From positions 9,006 through 73,005 of the forward strand of contig JBDLJH010000017.1 of the NCBI GenBank assembly GCA_039714395.1: a stretch of 64,000 bases of DNA. Reading direction: 5' to 3'. Both the position numbers and the translations under genes were made by a program. The DNA is from Pseudomonadota bacterium. GTDB lineage: Bacteria > Pseudomonadota > Gammaproteobacteria > Thiohalomonadales > Thiohalomonadaceae. The notes under the pieces were generated by a model. That model worked only from the letters and a program-made list of their open reading frames with translations. It had not been told where the DNA came from and made no database searches. Shown here in pieces: positions 1 to 9,947 of this stretch; position 1 is the stretch's first letter; the number at the start of each line of letters is the position of its first letter.

Positions 1-159
1 TACTGCCATATCAGCAAATGACTACAGTCCCATGGCCTTCTCAGGTTGCTATTACCTAGGAAAATACTATGGTTTAATCTCCGGCGTGGTTGGATAACTG
101 CGCTCATGCGTCTGGCAGGGAGCCAATATTGACGCAGAGACTGTAAGGAGAGCGAAACT

Positions 160-681
160 ATGCGTAATTTATCTCTTTTTCTTGTGGTTCTATTCCTCTC
201 GGCAAACTCTTATGCTGGTGAATCTGCTGCGGATAAAATCGATCGTGCCAAGAGTGCGGTCCATTCCGGCATCAGTCATAACGCCTCAGTAATGGATGTT
301 GACGGGAAGATGTTAAAGAAAGGCTCGAACGGATGGACATGTATGCCCGGTATTGGACCCGGGGACAACCATCCTATGTGTAACGACCCGGTGTGGACGA
401 GACTGATGAAGGCGGCGGGAACGGGTGCTGATTTCCATACTGATCGTATTGGTATTTCATACATGCTACAGGGTGATGCACACGTAAGTAATTCTAATCC
501 TGCGGCTACAGACCCAAAAAACGGTGATGTATGGGTTCAGGAAGGCCCTCACTTAATGATTGTTGCACCTAAGGAGGCGATGAAGGGGATATCGGATGAT
601 CCCTTTAACGGTGGCCCCTATGTGATGTGGAAGGACACACCCTATGCACACATTATGGTGCCTATTCGAGTTACTGAGTAA
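160..681 (+). CDS. secreted hypothetical protein (signal peptide, conserved Cys pair)
   Basis: 173-aa ORF. SD 'aaggag' lies about 9 nt before the ATG. N-terminus MRNLSLFLVVLFLSANSYA looks like a Sec signal peptide. No family recognised. Confidence 0.6.
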   Translation: MRNLSLFLVVLFLSANSYAGESAADKIDRAKSAVHSGISHNASVMDVDGKMLKKGSNGWTCMPGIGPGDNHPMCNDPVWTRLMKAAGTGADFHTDRIGISYMLQGDAHVSNSNPAATDPKNGDVWVQEGPHLMIVAPKEAMKGISDDPFNGGPYVMWKDTPYAHIMVPIRVTE

Positions 682-707
682 AAAAGGAAATTGAAAAAAA
701 ATGGGCA

Positions 708-744
708 GTGACAAGCGTGAATTCATATCACACGCAATTGTCAC
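708..744. terminator. imperfect hairpin between convergent genes (terminator-like)
   Basis: GTGACAA (708-714) pairs with TTGTCAC (738-744), with partial inner pairing GCGTGA/TCACACGC. Followed by cgcccctttta. It sits between the convergent ORFs 160-681 (+) and 807-1028 (-). Confidence 0.3.
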
Positions 745-806
745 CGCCCCTTTTATTGATTACTACCAATAGCAGAATTAATTATAAATCCATCCACACC
801 GTTTTC

Positions 807-1028
807 TTAAGATGGTTCAAAAAATTCAGCTGAGTGTCGTATCTTATGAGCGACCTTCTCAAGGCTGTTCGCGGTCTCCTCCATAATGTCGACGAGGGCC
901 GAATCAATCCCCGCCTCTATTAGCAATGAAAGTTCATCATAGTGCTCAGCACCAAGGGAGTCACCGGCGTCTTCTACGAGTTCGCGAAAACGGTTGGTGA
1001 TTTCCTGAGCATGTTTGGTGCGGTGCAT
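807..1028 (-). CDS. small acidic helical hypothetical protein, translationally coupled to ppk2
   Basis: 73-aa ORF. Its ATG (1028-1026) overlaps the ppk2 stop TAA (1030-1028) as TAATG. No family recognised. Confidence 0.5.
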   Translation of the reverse strand: MHRTKHAQEITNRFRELVEDAGDSLGAEHYDELSLLIEAGIDSALVDIMEETANSLEKVAHKIRHSAEFFEPS

Positions 1029-1957
1029 TATTTTTTCTCCTTAGGTTGTTTTGGCGCCTTGTCCAGGAAGTGCTCGCCCTTTTCGTAGATGTGGGTGGCC
1101 GAACCGACGATAAGTGAGTCTGGTGGTATGGCAATCTCTTTATTTTTATTTGGATAATCGAGGCTGTTAAGGATATGGCGCATCGCGTTAATACGGGCCC
1201 TCTTTTTACAGTCTGATTTAACCACGGTCCAGGGCGCATCGGCTGTGTCGGTATAGAAGAACATGGCCTCTTTCGCCTCTGTATAGTCGCGCCATTTATC
1301 GAGTGAGGCGAGGTCGATTGGGCTTAACTTCCACTGCTTGAGCGGGTCATGGCGGCGTTGCTGAAAGCGTCTGAATTGTTCGTTGCGACTAACCGAAAAC
1401 CAGAGTTTAAAGAACTTAATACCGCTACGAACCAGCATCCGCTCAAGCTCTGGTGCCTGGCGCATAAACTCCAGGTAGTCCCCTGGCTTGCAAAAGTTCA
1501 TTACCCTCTCGACACCGGCGCGGTTGTACCAGGAGCGGTCGAACAGCACGATCTCACCGTGGGTGGGAAGGTGTTTGATATAGCGCTGGAAGTACCATTG
1601 CCCCTGTTCTTCGTCGCTCGGCTTTTCCAGTGCAACTACACGAGCACCACGTGGATTCATATGCTCCATCATGCGCTTGATGGTGCCACCCTTACCCGCT
1701 GCATCGCGACCTTCAAACAGAATGACGATGCGTTGTCCGGTCTCTTTCACCCAGCCCTGCATCTTGAGTATCTCAATTTGAAGCTCTTTTTTGAGCTTCT
1801 CATACTCGTCACGGTTCATTTTGTCTTCATAGGGGTAGTTGGCATCGGTAAAGATCTTACGTTTGCCAAGCTTCTCGACCAGTTTTGGCTTGGCTAGTTT
1901 TTGATCTGTACGGTCAGCGGAAACCTTGGGCATGCTAAAATTTGCGTCGTTGCTCAC
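1028..1957 (-). CDS. ppk2: polyphosphate kinase 2 (single-domain PPK2)
   Basis: 309 aa. PPK2 hallmarks are present: Walker A 'FEGRDAAGKGGTIK', 'WYFQRY', 'LFDRSWYNRAGVERV'. Confidence 0.9.
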   Translation of the reverse strand: MSNDANFSMPKVSADRTDQKLAKPKLVEKLGKRKIFTDANYPYEDKMNRDEYEKLKKELQIEILKMQGWVKETGQRIVILFEGRDAAGKGGTIKRMMEHMNPRGARVVALEKPSDEEQGQWYFQRYIKHLPTHGEIVLFDRSWYNRAGVERVMNFCKPGDYLEFMRQAPELERMLVRSGIKFFKLWFSVSRNEQFRRFQQRRHDPLKQWKLSPIDLASLDKWRDYTEAKEAMFFYTDTADAPWTVVKSDCKKRARINAMRHILNSLDYPNKNKEIAIPPDSLIVGSATHIYEKGEHFLDKAPKQPKEKK

Positions 1958-2121
1958 TTCTCATCTCCAAAAAATTACAAAAATACATCCTTTAAGTGTA
2001 GACCTAAATTTGCCGTTCTTCCTTAGGATTTGCGGTAATTTTGAGTATAGTAGTTGACAGTTTTGCTGGGGGAAATCTGCTAATTCTGCCCTCCGAATTA
2101 GGGCCGGTGCCTTTTACGCTC

Positions 2122-3021
2122 TTAGGTGTGCATGGTCTCAGGCGTTTTGGCCTTCTCGCCGCTCAGGAACGAATTTTCATACTCGGCAATTACCTGGGCA
2201 CCGAATAGCAGAATCATCGCTGCCACCTCCAGTGACAGCAGCGCGACAATGCCTGTGGCGAGTGAGCCATAGATCAGGTTGACGATAGACAGGGTGGAGA
2301 AGTACCAAATGAGTAGATGGCGCGCCAGTTCCCACAGCAGGGTTGCCACAGTGCCACCGACCAGCGCGTGGCTGAGGGATATGCGACCGACCGGCATTAC
2401 CAGATAGATGGAAGAAAGCAGCACCATGAGCCCGAAGATACCGAGTAGATAGATGGCGGTGTGGCTAATATCATCCATGGCAATCTGCCAGGCAAAAAGG
2501 GTAATACTGGTTTTATCGAGCGACTCCAGGGCACCGCTGGCCAGGGTAATGAGGGAAATACCGACACCGACAAGCATGATGTAGAGATAGGGGATGATGG
2601 CGGAGACCAGAAAGTGGCGGCGCCTGATCTCGACGCGGTGAAAGAAGATCACCGACATGGCATTTTCAAGTATGGTAAAGGCCATGGAACTGAAAAAAAG
2701 CATCACCAGAATGCCCACCCAGCCGATAACGGCGCGATGTTCGATGAATTTACTGACCTGCTCCAGCAAAAGGTCGGTCAGGCCGGGTACGAAGAGCTGC
2801 AGGTTTTCCCTGATCAGATACAGCAATGTCGTGTCATCAATGACGTGGGACAGCACTACCAGCAATAGTGTGAAAATAGGGATGATGGAGAGCAGGGTGT
2901 AGTAGGCGAGTGCACCAGAAAGCAGTAGCCCCTGATTGGCGTTAAATGCCTTGATTACCCTCCAGCTAAAGCGCAGGGGGTGGCTAAGCGGACTGCTGTT
3001 TAGCGCTGTCTTGTTCGGCAT
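2122..3021 (-). CDS. YihY/BrkB family inner membrane protein
   Basis: 299 aa, multi-TM. N-terminal 'RFSWRVIKAFNANQGLLLSGALAYYTLLSIIP' is typical of the YihY/virulence factor BrkB family. Confidence 0.75.
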   Translation of the reverse strand: MPNKTALNSSPLSHPLRFSWRVIKAFNANQGLLLSGALAYYTLLSIIPIFTLLLVVLSHVIDDTTLLYLIRENLQLFVPGLTDLLLEQVSKFIEHRAVIGWVGILVMLFFSSMAFTILENAMSVIFFHRVEIRRRHFLVSAIIPYLYIMLVGVGISLITLASGALESLDKTSITLFAWQIAMDDISHTAIYLLGIFGLMVLLSSIYLVMPVGRISLSHALVGGTVATLLWELARHLLIWYFSTLSIVNLIYGSLATGIVALLSLEVAAMILLFGAQVIAEYENSFLSGEKAKTPETMHT

Positions 3022-3163
3022 ATGGTCGGTGATCCGGTTGGTGATACAGGGCCAGATTAGCCAATGTCTGCGGTTGCAGCAATATACATATGTTGTTATC
3101 GATAATTTAAAGGGGCCAGAGTTTGAGGGATCACTTAAAGGGTTTAGGTGATAGAATTTGAGA

Positions 3164-3796
3164 ATGAAACGAATAAACCTGCAACCAACATCCTGGACAA
3201 TCCCATTGTCGCTGTTGGCGATTTATTTAATGGTATTCGGCTTGTTAGCTGTTTCGCCCTATGATCGGGCGGTCTGGTGGGCAGAGAATATCCCAGTATT
3301 AATGGTCGTTGGGGCATTGATGTTGATATCGCGAAAATATCAGTTTTCTAATACCAGCTATATATTGATGTCAGTCTTTATTCTGTTACATACCATCGGT
3401 GGTCATTATACGTTTGAACGAGTCCCATTTGACTGGGTCTCGGAACCATTTGGATTTGAGCGCAACCATTACGATCGTATTGCACATTTCTCTGTTGGCT
3501 TTTATGCCTATGCCATTGCCGAAGTATTGATGGTTAAAAGACTGGTGCGCAGCCGCTGGATTGTTTCTCTGTTCCCGATCTTTGCGATTGTTACGGTTGC
3601 CGGTGCGTATGAGATTATCGAATGGCAATATGCGGTATATGCTGACCCACAAGCGGGCATTGCGATGCTGGGTTCACAAGGTGATATCTGGGATGCACAA
3701 AAAGATATATTGGCGGATACGCTTGGTGCCCCGTTGGTCATAATCTTATTCTTTTACCAGCATCAAACTGCTTTGGTTCAGCTAAAGAGTGAATGA
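3164..3796 (+). CDS. DUF2238 (YjdF-like) inner membrane protein
   Basis: ORF 3158-3796. ATG at 3164 preferred over the TTG at 3158. Multi-TM, with 'SPYDRAVWWAENIPV' and 'HTIGGHYTFERVPF' resembling DUF2238. Confidence 0.65.
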   Translation: MKRINLQPTSWTIPLSLLAIYLMVFGLLAVSPYDRAVWWAENIPVLMVVGALMLISRKYQFSNTSYILMSVFILLHTIGGHYTFERVPFDWVSEPFGFERNHYDRIAHFSVGFYAYAIAEVLMVKRLVRSRWIVSLFPIFAIVTVAGAYEIIEWQYAVYADPQAGIAMLGSQGDIWDAQKDILADTLGAPLVIILFFYQHQTALVQLKSE

Positions 3797-3891
3797 TGCC
3801 TGGCTTATTAGTGCAATACGGATAACGGCTCCTTTTTTCTCCTTATCTACTATATTGATATGCATAGGGATGAGTCTGGAGATGATGCCTG

Positions 3892-5592
3892 ATGGAGCAC
3901 TTAAGAAAACAGTTAGAATCAATAAACCAGCACGGTTATAAGGCTTATAAGGTACTTGAGGGGGACTTCCAGTTTCCTGACTATGTGCTGCGTATCGATC
4001 ACGTGCAGGGTGATTCCTTCGCCGATCCCTCTCGCTGCCGCATCCTTATCACTGCGGCAACGGCCAATATCCCACTAGCGTTATTTAGTAACCGTTGCCG
4101 CACCATCGCACTGGAGGACTTTATCGGTCGCAGCTTTGCCACGGCCATCAGGAGCGGGACAAAAGGGAAACGCGGCTCGGGGCGCAGTGGTGAGGTCTCT
4201 ATCGCTGATTACGGCCAGCAGGTTCTGGAGCGCAATGCGGTGCTGGTCAATGGGGGCAGTATTGAGGTGCGGATGCAGATTGGGCTGCCTGCCGAGGGGC
4301 GTTCCGTTGCTGCTGAGCAGGCGATCATTATGCTGTTTGAGGAGCTCCCTGCCGTAGTCACGGCTGCACTTGAGCCCTTTAGTGATGCTATTTTCCGTGT
4401 TGAGAGGCATGTCGATTCGGTTGAGGATCAGCAGGCACTGCGTTCACAGCTTGCTGATAAGGGGCTCGTTGCCTTTATCGCCGACAACGCCATATTGCCG
4501 CGCCGCAGTGGCATAGATGAGCACCCGCTTCCTGATGCCGTCCCTTTCAGCTCACCGGCGTCACTCGCTGTTGAGTTGCAATGCCCTCACACCGGACCGC
4601 TACGTGGGCTGGGTATCCCTCAGGGGGTGACCCTCATTGTTGGGGGTGGCTTTCACGGCAAGTCGACACTGCTGCATGCAATTGAGCGTGGAGTCTATGA
4701 TCACATTCCCGGTGATGGTCGTGAGCAGGTGGTCAGTGATCCCACCGCGGTTAAGATTCGGGCGGAGGATCGACGGGCCATTACCGGTGTCGATATCTCT
4801 CCCTTTATCAATAACCTGCCACAACAGCGGGATACCCACCGCTTCTCGACTCAGGATGCCAGTGGCAGCACCTCGCAGGCGGCCAATATCATGGAGGCAC
4901 TGGCAGCGGGTTCAAAGGCGCTCCTTATCGACGAGGACACCTCGGCCACCAATTTTATGATTCGTGATGAACGGATGCAGGCACTGGTCTCTAGAGACAG
5001 GGAGCCAATCACACCGCTGCTCTACCGCATTAAGGATCTTAATACGGAGTGTGGCGTATCGGTCACCCTGGTGATGGGTGGATCGGGGGATTATTTTGAT
5101 GTGGCCGATACCGTCATCATGATGGATAACTATCTCGTCAGGGATGTCACCATGGAGGCGCGACGGCTGGCTCGTGATATCAACCCCGAAGATTCAGCCT
5201 ACCCCTCACTGAAGGTGGAGAGTATTCGCAGGGTAGAGCCACAATCCCTTAACCCGCGTTACCGCAACAAGAGCGAGCGGATACAGGCTCTGGACAGGCG
5301 TCTGTTGCGCTATGGTGCGACAGAAATTGACCTGAGCCGTGTCGAGCAGTTAGTGGACAACGGTCAGCTCAGTACCATCGGTTATCTTGTCATTCATTAC
5401 TATAGAGAGGCTATCAAGAGTCCCGACAATAGCCCTGATCTTGTTGAGGGAATGTACAAGCTATGTAATAGTCTTCGTGAGCAGGGCCTGGATACGCTGC
5501 CTCCCTATATCATGGGTACTCTGGCGATGCCTCGAGTCTTTGAGCTATTGGCTACAGTGAATCGCATGCGTAACCTCCGTTTAATCGACTAA
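3892..5592 (+). CDS. ABC-class ATPase family protein (PF09818-like, uncharacterised function)
   Basis: 566 aa. N-terminal 'YKAYKVLEGDFQFPDYVLRIDHVQGDSFADPSRCRI', Walker A 'GGGFHGKSTLL' and Walker B-like 'ALLIDEDTSATNF' match the predicted ATPase of the ABC class family. Confidence 0.75.
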   Translation: MEHLRKQLESINQHGYKAYKVLEGDFQFPDYVLRIDHVQGDSFADPSRCRILITAATANIPLALFSNRCRTIALEDFIGRSFATAIRSGTKGKRGSGRSGEVSIADYGQQVLERNAVLVNGGSIEVRMQIGLPAEGRSVAAEQAIIMLFEELPAVVTAALEPFSDAIFRVERHVDSVEDQQALRSQLADKGLVAFIADNAILPRRSGIDEHPLPDAVPFSSPASLAVELQCPHTGPLRGLGIPQGVTLIVGGGFHGKSTLLHAIERGVYDHIPGDGREQVVSDPTAVKIRAEDRRAITGVDISPFINNLPQQRDTHRFSTQDASGSTSQAANIMEALAAGSKALLIDEDTSATNFMIRDERMQALVSRDREPITPLLYRIKDLNTECGVSVTLVMGGSGDYFDVADTVIMMDNYLVRDVTMEARRLARDINPEDSAYPSLKVESIRRVEPQSLNPRYRNKSERIQALDRRLLRYGATEIDLSRVEQLVDNGQLSTIGYLVIHYYREAIKSPDNSPDLVEGMYKLCNSLREQGLDTLPPYIMGTLAMPRVFELLATVNRMRNLRLID

Positions 5593-5920
5593 CAGGGAGT
5601 TAAGAAAGCAGGCTCATGCACAAAAAGAGGGCTTTATAAGAACCATTACAAGAGCTAGTATGTTCAGCGAATGAAGAGACTGCTCAATGAAGCAGACAGA
5701 ACTGACAATATTTTCCTGGAAATTACCGCAGATACTGCGTTACGCCTTGTCTAATATTTGGAGCAGTGCACCATTTTGTTCTAAATTTTCAGATGGCACC
5801 TTTGAATTGGGCGTGGCGGAACATATACAGATGTGAGAGATTGGCAAGATAGATAGAGGGATGCGGGCAAGCAGCTAATGGGAATTATGCTTTATGCCGA
5901 AGAAATCCTCAGAGGGAAGT

Positions 5921-6769
5921 ATGAGAGAAGAGTCAAAAGATCCAGGGTTATTCAAGCTATTTAACGACGGTGAGTTGACGATTTTCTTCGTCGGCTGCGG
6001 TTCCGCCTTTAGCCGCACAATGAACCAGACCAATATTCTGGTGGTGAAGGGCGATCAGCACCTATTGGTAGACTGCGGCACCAAATCCCCCCAGGCACTG
6101 CATGACCTGCATATAGAGCCAGCGCAGATAGAGAATTTTCTCATCACTCACACCCATGCCGATCATATCGGTGGGCTTGAAGAGATGATGATGGTCAACC
6201 GCTACCTTACCGGTAAAAGACCAAATATCATTATTAACGAAGAGTTTGAAACGATCCTCTGGAATCAGTCACTACGTGGCGGCAGTGCCTACTCCGAGGT
6301 CAATAATGGACAACCACTGGGTTTTACTGATTTCTGGAATATAGTTCGTCCGACACGGGCAGCAGATATCGAGCGTGAGACATGGGAGACCCGGCTCGGT
6401 GACCTCGATATCAAAATGCCGCGCACCAAACACTTCCCAGATAACGCCAAATCGTGGCGTGACTCCTTCTGGAGCTGCGGAGTGCTATTTGATGAGCGTG
6501 TGTTATTCACCTCAGACACCCGATTCGACCCAGACCTTTTAATCGAGTTTGATGAGCGTTACAAGCTGGAGCTTATCTTTCACGACTGTCAGTTCTTTAC
6601 CGGTGGAGTTCATGCTTCACTGGATGAATTAAGCACATTGCCGGATAGTCTGAAGAGTAAAATGGTACTGATGCACTACGGTGACAATTGGCAGCAGTTC
6701 GAAGAGCAGGTTAAAGCCGCTGGGTTCCTCTCTTTCGCCAAACAGAATCATAGCTACACATTCGAGTAA
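5921..6769 (+). CDS. MBL-fold metallo-hydrolase
   Basis: ORF 5894-6769. The ATG at 5921 has SD 'agaggg' and is preferred. The HxHxDH motif 'ITHTHADHIGG' is present. Confidence 0.75.
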   Translation: MREESKDPGLFKLFNDGELTIFFVGCGSAFSRTMNQTNILVVKGDQHLLVDCGTKSPQALHDLHIEPAQIENFLITHTHADHIGGLEEMMMVNRYLTGKRPNIIINEEFETILWNQSLRGGSAYSEVNNGQPLGFTDFWNIVRPTRAADIERETWETRLGDLDIKMPRTKHFPDNAKSWRDSFWSCGVLFDERVLFTSDTRFDPDLLIEFDERYKLELIFHDCQFFTGGVHASLDELSTLPDSLKSKMVLMHYGDNWQQFEEQVKAAGFLSFAKQNHSYTFE

Positions 6770-6896
6770 AGTCGCACTAGTTTTGACTAAAATCAAACGT
6801 TGTCATGCTGTGTGCGTGATTTTACGCTGTAACCCCAGTATTCTTGTGAAGCATACGAAGTATGAATATGTCTTTAAGTAACCATTCACCATTATC

Positions 6897-7553
6897 ATGA
6901 ATACAGTTGAACATACTCACATAGTTACCATTGTATTACTCTGGCTTGGATTCTTTTTTGTTCACTCACTTACCGCATCGCTTACACTCAAATATTGGGT
7001 ATCACGCAATTTAACCAGGTTCATGCCGGCGTATCGGCTTGTCTTCAATATTCTTTCAGGTTTGCTTATTATTCCGATAATAGCTCTCAGTTACATCTGG
7101 AGAGGCGAGGCATTGTGGCACTGGTCGCCCGCTATTTCCTGGTTAGTGGCTATCATTATCATGGCTACTATTGCAGCTTTTATTATTTCTCTGCGTTATT
7201 ACGATATGGCGGAGTTTATGGGGTTGCGGCAGTGGCGGGAAAGGAACTCTCAGGCAGAAGACCAGGAAAAGTTTGTGATTGGTGAGTTTCACCGATTTGT
7301 ACGGCATCCCTGGTACACCATGGCCATAGTGCTGATCTGGTGCCGGGAGATGGATCCTATTATGCTTACTAGCGCCATAATGCTAACCCTCTATTTTATA
7401 GTCGGGTCGCGTCTTGAAGAGCGTAAACTGGTGCAGTACCACGGTGAGATATATGAGCGTTATCGGAAAAAGGTTCCGGGTCTGGTTCCACGCCCATGGC
7501 GATATCTGACAAGGGTAGAGGCAGATGAGCTGTTATCGCGGCTGGGCAATTGA
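6897..7553 (+). CDS. membrane methyltransferase, ICMT/phospholipid methyltransferase-like
   Basis: 218 aa, multi-TM. 'FVRHPWYTMAIVLIW' and C-terminal 'EERKLVQYHGEIYERYRKKVPGLVP' resemble the isoprenylcysteine carboxyl methyltransferase family signature. Confidence 0.65.
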   Translation: MNTVEHTHIVTIVLLWLGFFFVHSLTASLTLKYWVSRNLTRFMPAYRLVFNILSGLLIIPIIALSYIWRGEALWHWSPAISWLVAIIIMATIAAFIISLRYYDMAEFMGLRQWRERNSQAEDQEKFVIGEFHRFVRHPWYTMAIVLIWCREMDPIMLTSAIMLTLYFIVGSRLEERKLVQYHGEIYERYRKKVPGLVPRPWRYLTRVEADELLSRLGN

Positions 7554-7659
7554 GTAAAGTGCAGGTCTTAGGGAATGTGTAACATAGACGGACGACGATC
7601 AGGTATCCAGCAGCTTCTTTGCTATAGACCTCAGCACAAAAATAGAGAAGAGAGTATTT

Positions 7660-8148
7660 GTGAATAATAATGACATTATGCGCCGTATTCGATACGCCTT
7701 TGACTTCAGTGATCCAAAAATGGTTGCGATATTTTTTCAGGCAGATCATTCAGTAACAAGAGAGCATATTAGTGACTGGTTGAGGAAGGATGATGAGCCT
7801 GAGTTTCAGACGCTTAATGATACTCAGATGGCGACTTTCCTTAATGGCCTAATTATTGACAGGCGCGGTAAAAGAGAAGGCCCACAACCCAAGCCTGAAC
7901 AGCGTCTAACAAATAATATAATCTTAAGGAAGTTAAAAATCGCCCTGGATCTGAAGGCTGAGGATGTTCTTGAAATTATGGCATTAAGTGATGTTCGTAT
8001 CAGTAAACATGAGTTGAGCGCTTTCTTTCGCAAACCGGGACATAAACACTACCGTGAGTGCAAAGATCAGATATTACGTAATTTTCTAAATGGTCTGCAG
8101 CTTAACTATCGCAATACCCCCAGATCAAAGTTAGATACTGCTGATTAG
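7660..8148 (+). CDS. DUF1456 (YehS-like) protein
   Basis: 162 aa, GTG start. N-terminus 'NNNDIMRRIRYAFDFSD' and an internal repeat 'NNIILRKLKIALDLKAEDVLEIM' are typical of the two-repeat DUF1456 family. Confidence 0.7.
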   Translation: MNNNDIMRRIRYAFDFSDPKMVAIFFQADHSVTREHISDWLRKDDEPEFQTLNDTQMATFLNGLIIDRRGKREGPQPKPEQRLTNNIILRKLKIALDLKAEDVLEIMALSDVRISKHELSAFFRKPGHKHYRECKDQILRNFLNGLQLNYRNTPRSKLDTAD

Positions 8149-8208
8149 GGCATGATTTTGGTGTTTCTCTATGTCGGTGAAAATTGAATTGTTATTGGAC
8201 TAAATACG

Positions 8209-8544
8209 ATGGCTAAGATGTTAGATTCATTGCGAGACTGGAATGCCGAGTCGTTTGAGCAAACATTTAAGAGTGAAATGGAAGGCTTCAGAAAGGATGT
8301 TTTACCTTTGGATGATGTGATCGATGACGGTAACACCGTATATGACGGAGATTTGGGCGTAACGGTCATTGAGTTTGCTGAGGGCGATCAGTTTATTGAG
8401 GTGCGTGCGGGGGTCTATTTCGCCGAGATTGTTTCCTGTTGTAGCTGTGGAGAGAGCCCGCCTATTGACGAGGCGTATTGTGAAATGAACGTGCGTATCA
8501 ATAAGTCAACAGCCGAGGCAGAGTTTGCGGTCATTAAGGACTAA
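8209..8544 (+). CDS. hypothetical protein
   Basis: 111-aa ORF, acidic, with a 'SCCSCGESPP' Cys cluster. No family recognised. Confidence 0.5.
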   Translation: MAKMLDSLRDWNAESFEQTFKSEMEGFRKDVLPLDDVIDDGNTVYDGDLGVTVIEFAEGDQFIEVRAGVYFAEIVSCCSCGESPPIDEAYCEMNVRINKSTAEAEFAVIKD

Positions 8545-8693
8545 TCGAGTAGTAATACATCTTGCCAGTGTAAACTGTACCAGTTTGTGATTTATGGTTT
8601 GGCGAATAATGATGTATGTAATTTGCAGTGTGCTGCCATCTCAAAGTGCGCGTAGTATTAGTTAGTGTTGAGATAAGAAATCAAGGAGATAAC

Positions 8694-9713
8694 ATGGATG
8701 TGCGGTCGGGAATTCTAGATGTTCTAACCCGTAATGAATTTGAGAAAATCAAGGCGCTTGGTAGTGAGATTGAGTTTGATGCAGGGGAGGTGATATTTTC
8801 CGAGGGAGAGAGTGCCAAGTGCATCTACGTCATTGATACTGGCATCGTCTCAATCTCTATCCGTAAATTTACCACTGAGGAAGAAGTTTGTAGGCTCGGT
8901 CAGGATGACTGTTTTGGTGAGATGGCTCTGCTTAATGATCAGTGCCGCAATGCCTCCGCAAAGGCCAATGTGAAGACGCGTCTATGTCGGGTGGATAAGC
9001 AAGCCTTCCTTGGTTTGGTACAGAATGATAACAAACTCGCGGAGAAGATTAACTATTTAATGAGCGAGCGCTCCGAAGAGTTATTGCTGAGAGAGAGTCT
9101 GATTGATGTCACTGGTGTTAACCGAAAAAATTTGCATGTCAGCATAAAAGGAGATCCTTCCCTTCGAGAATCCACATTTACTCGTCAACGTTACACCAGT
9201 GTTATCGATCCTATTCTCACAGAGTTGAAGTCAGTGCTGGTGGATTTGATGATTAACAGGAGTGTTTTCCAGGTGTTTGTCGGGTTTAATAATGGCGAGG
9301 TACGAACAAGCTCTATTTTCGATCCGTTTTGTGAGGCACTCCACCCAGCGAATAAACTGGTCGAGCCTGGATATATCGACCGTCATTTTCCACATATATC
9401 GTTCGCAAATAAGATTGATACGATAAATAATCTATTTAGTGCGGTGAGACAGGATCCAGGTTTTGATTCACTACCAGCTAATTTCAGGAAGTTGTATGGC
9501 AGCTATTATGAGCAGTGGGAGCCAATTACACAGGATGAGATTACAAGCATAATTCTTCGTCTGCATGACCTTCGTGAACTCCCTGACTTCTATTTAAGAA
9601 ACTTTGCTATTAACCTTACTAAGGGGGCTATTCGTATGCAGTTTAACTGTGATGGTACTCATATTGTGAGTCCCGATGATTATCAGCGATTTTTAGAAGA
9701 AAATCTTTGTTAA
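8694..9713 (+). CDS. cyclic-nucleotide-binding domain protein with uncharacterised C-terminal domain
   Basis: ORF 8628-9713. The ATG at 8694 is preceded by 'caaggag'. The N-terminal CAP/cNMP fold shows 'FDAGEVIFSEGESAKCIYVIDTG' and 'FGEMALL...RNASAKA'. I do not recognise the C-terminal roughly 230 aa. Confidence 0.75.
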   Translation: MDVRSGILDVLTRNEFEKIKALGSEIEFDAGEVIFSEGESAKCIYVIDTGIVSISIRKFTTEEEVCRLGQDDCFGEMALLNDQCRNASAKANVKTRLCRVDKQAFLGLVQNDNKLAEKINYLMSERSEELLLRESLIDVTGVNRKNLHVSIKGDPSLRESTFTRQRYTSVIDPILTELKSVLVDLMINRSVFQVFVGFNNGEVRTSSIFDPFCEALHPANKLVEPGYIDRHFPHISFANKIDTINNLFSAVRQDPGFDSLPANFRKLYGSYYEQWEPITQDEITSIILRLHDLRELPDFYLRNFAINLTKGAIRMQFNCDGTHIVSPDDYQRFLEENLC

Positions 9714-9947
9714 TGGAGGGTAAGTTATAGATGTCTTCCATGCCTGCGAATTCGACTAATGAGAATTAATGTATGTTTATTTGCTCGTGGAGATAATGAT
9801 ATGAGCGATGCAGTCTACCGTTAGAGAGATAAGACTATGAGACTTTTAGCAGTATCAGAGCATTTTCTTTCGATCCGGCTTCACATCCCACTATACCGCG
9901 TTACAATAGAATTTTCTTTTGTGCTGAAGGCGGAGTAATGCCATATA

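Noticed and set aside
5794-5810. TGGCAC-containing sequence (TGGCACCTTTGAATTGG) upstream of the MBL hydrolase gene, which could be a sigma-54 promoter.
   Set aside because: The -12 element lacks the conserved GC (TTGC) at the correct spacing, and no bEBP gene is nearby.
8694-9713. The cNMP-binding protein, considered as a Pycsar/CBASS-like effector.
   Set aside because: There is no nucleotide cyclase or CD-NTase gene adjacent, and no TM, TIR or nuclease output is recognisable. It is kept only as an open question under findings.
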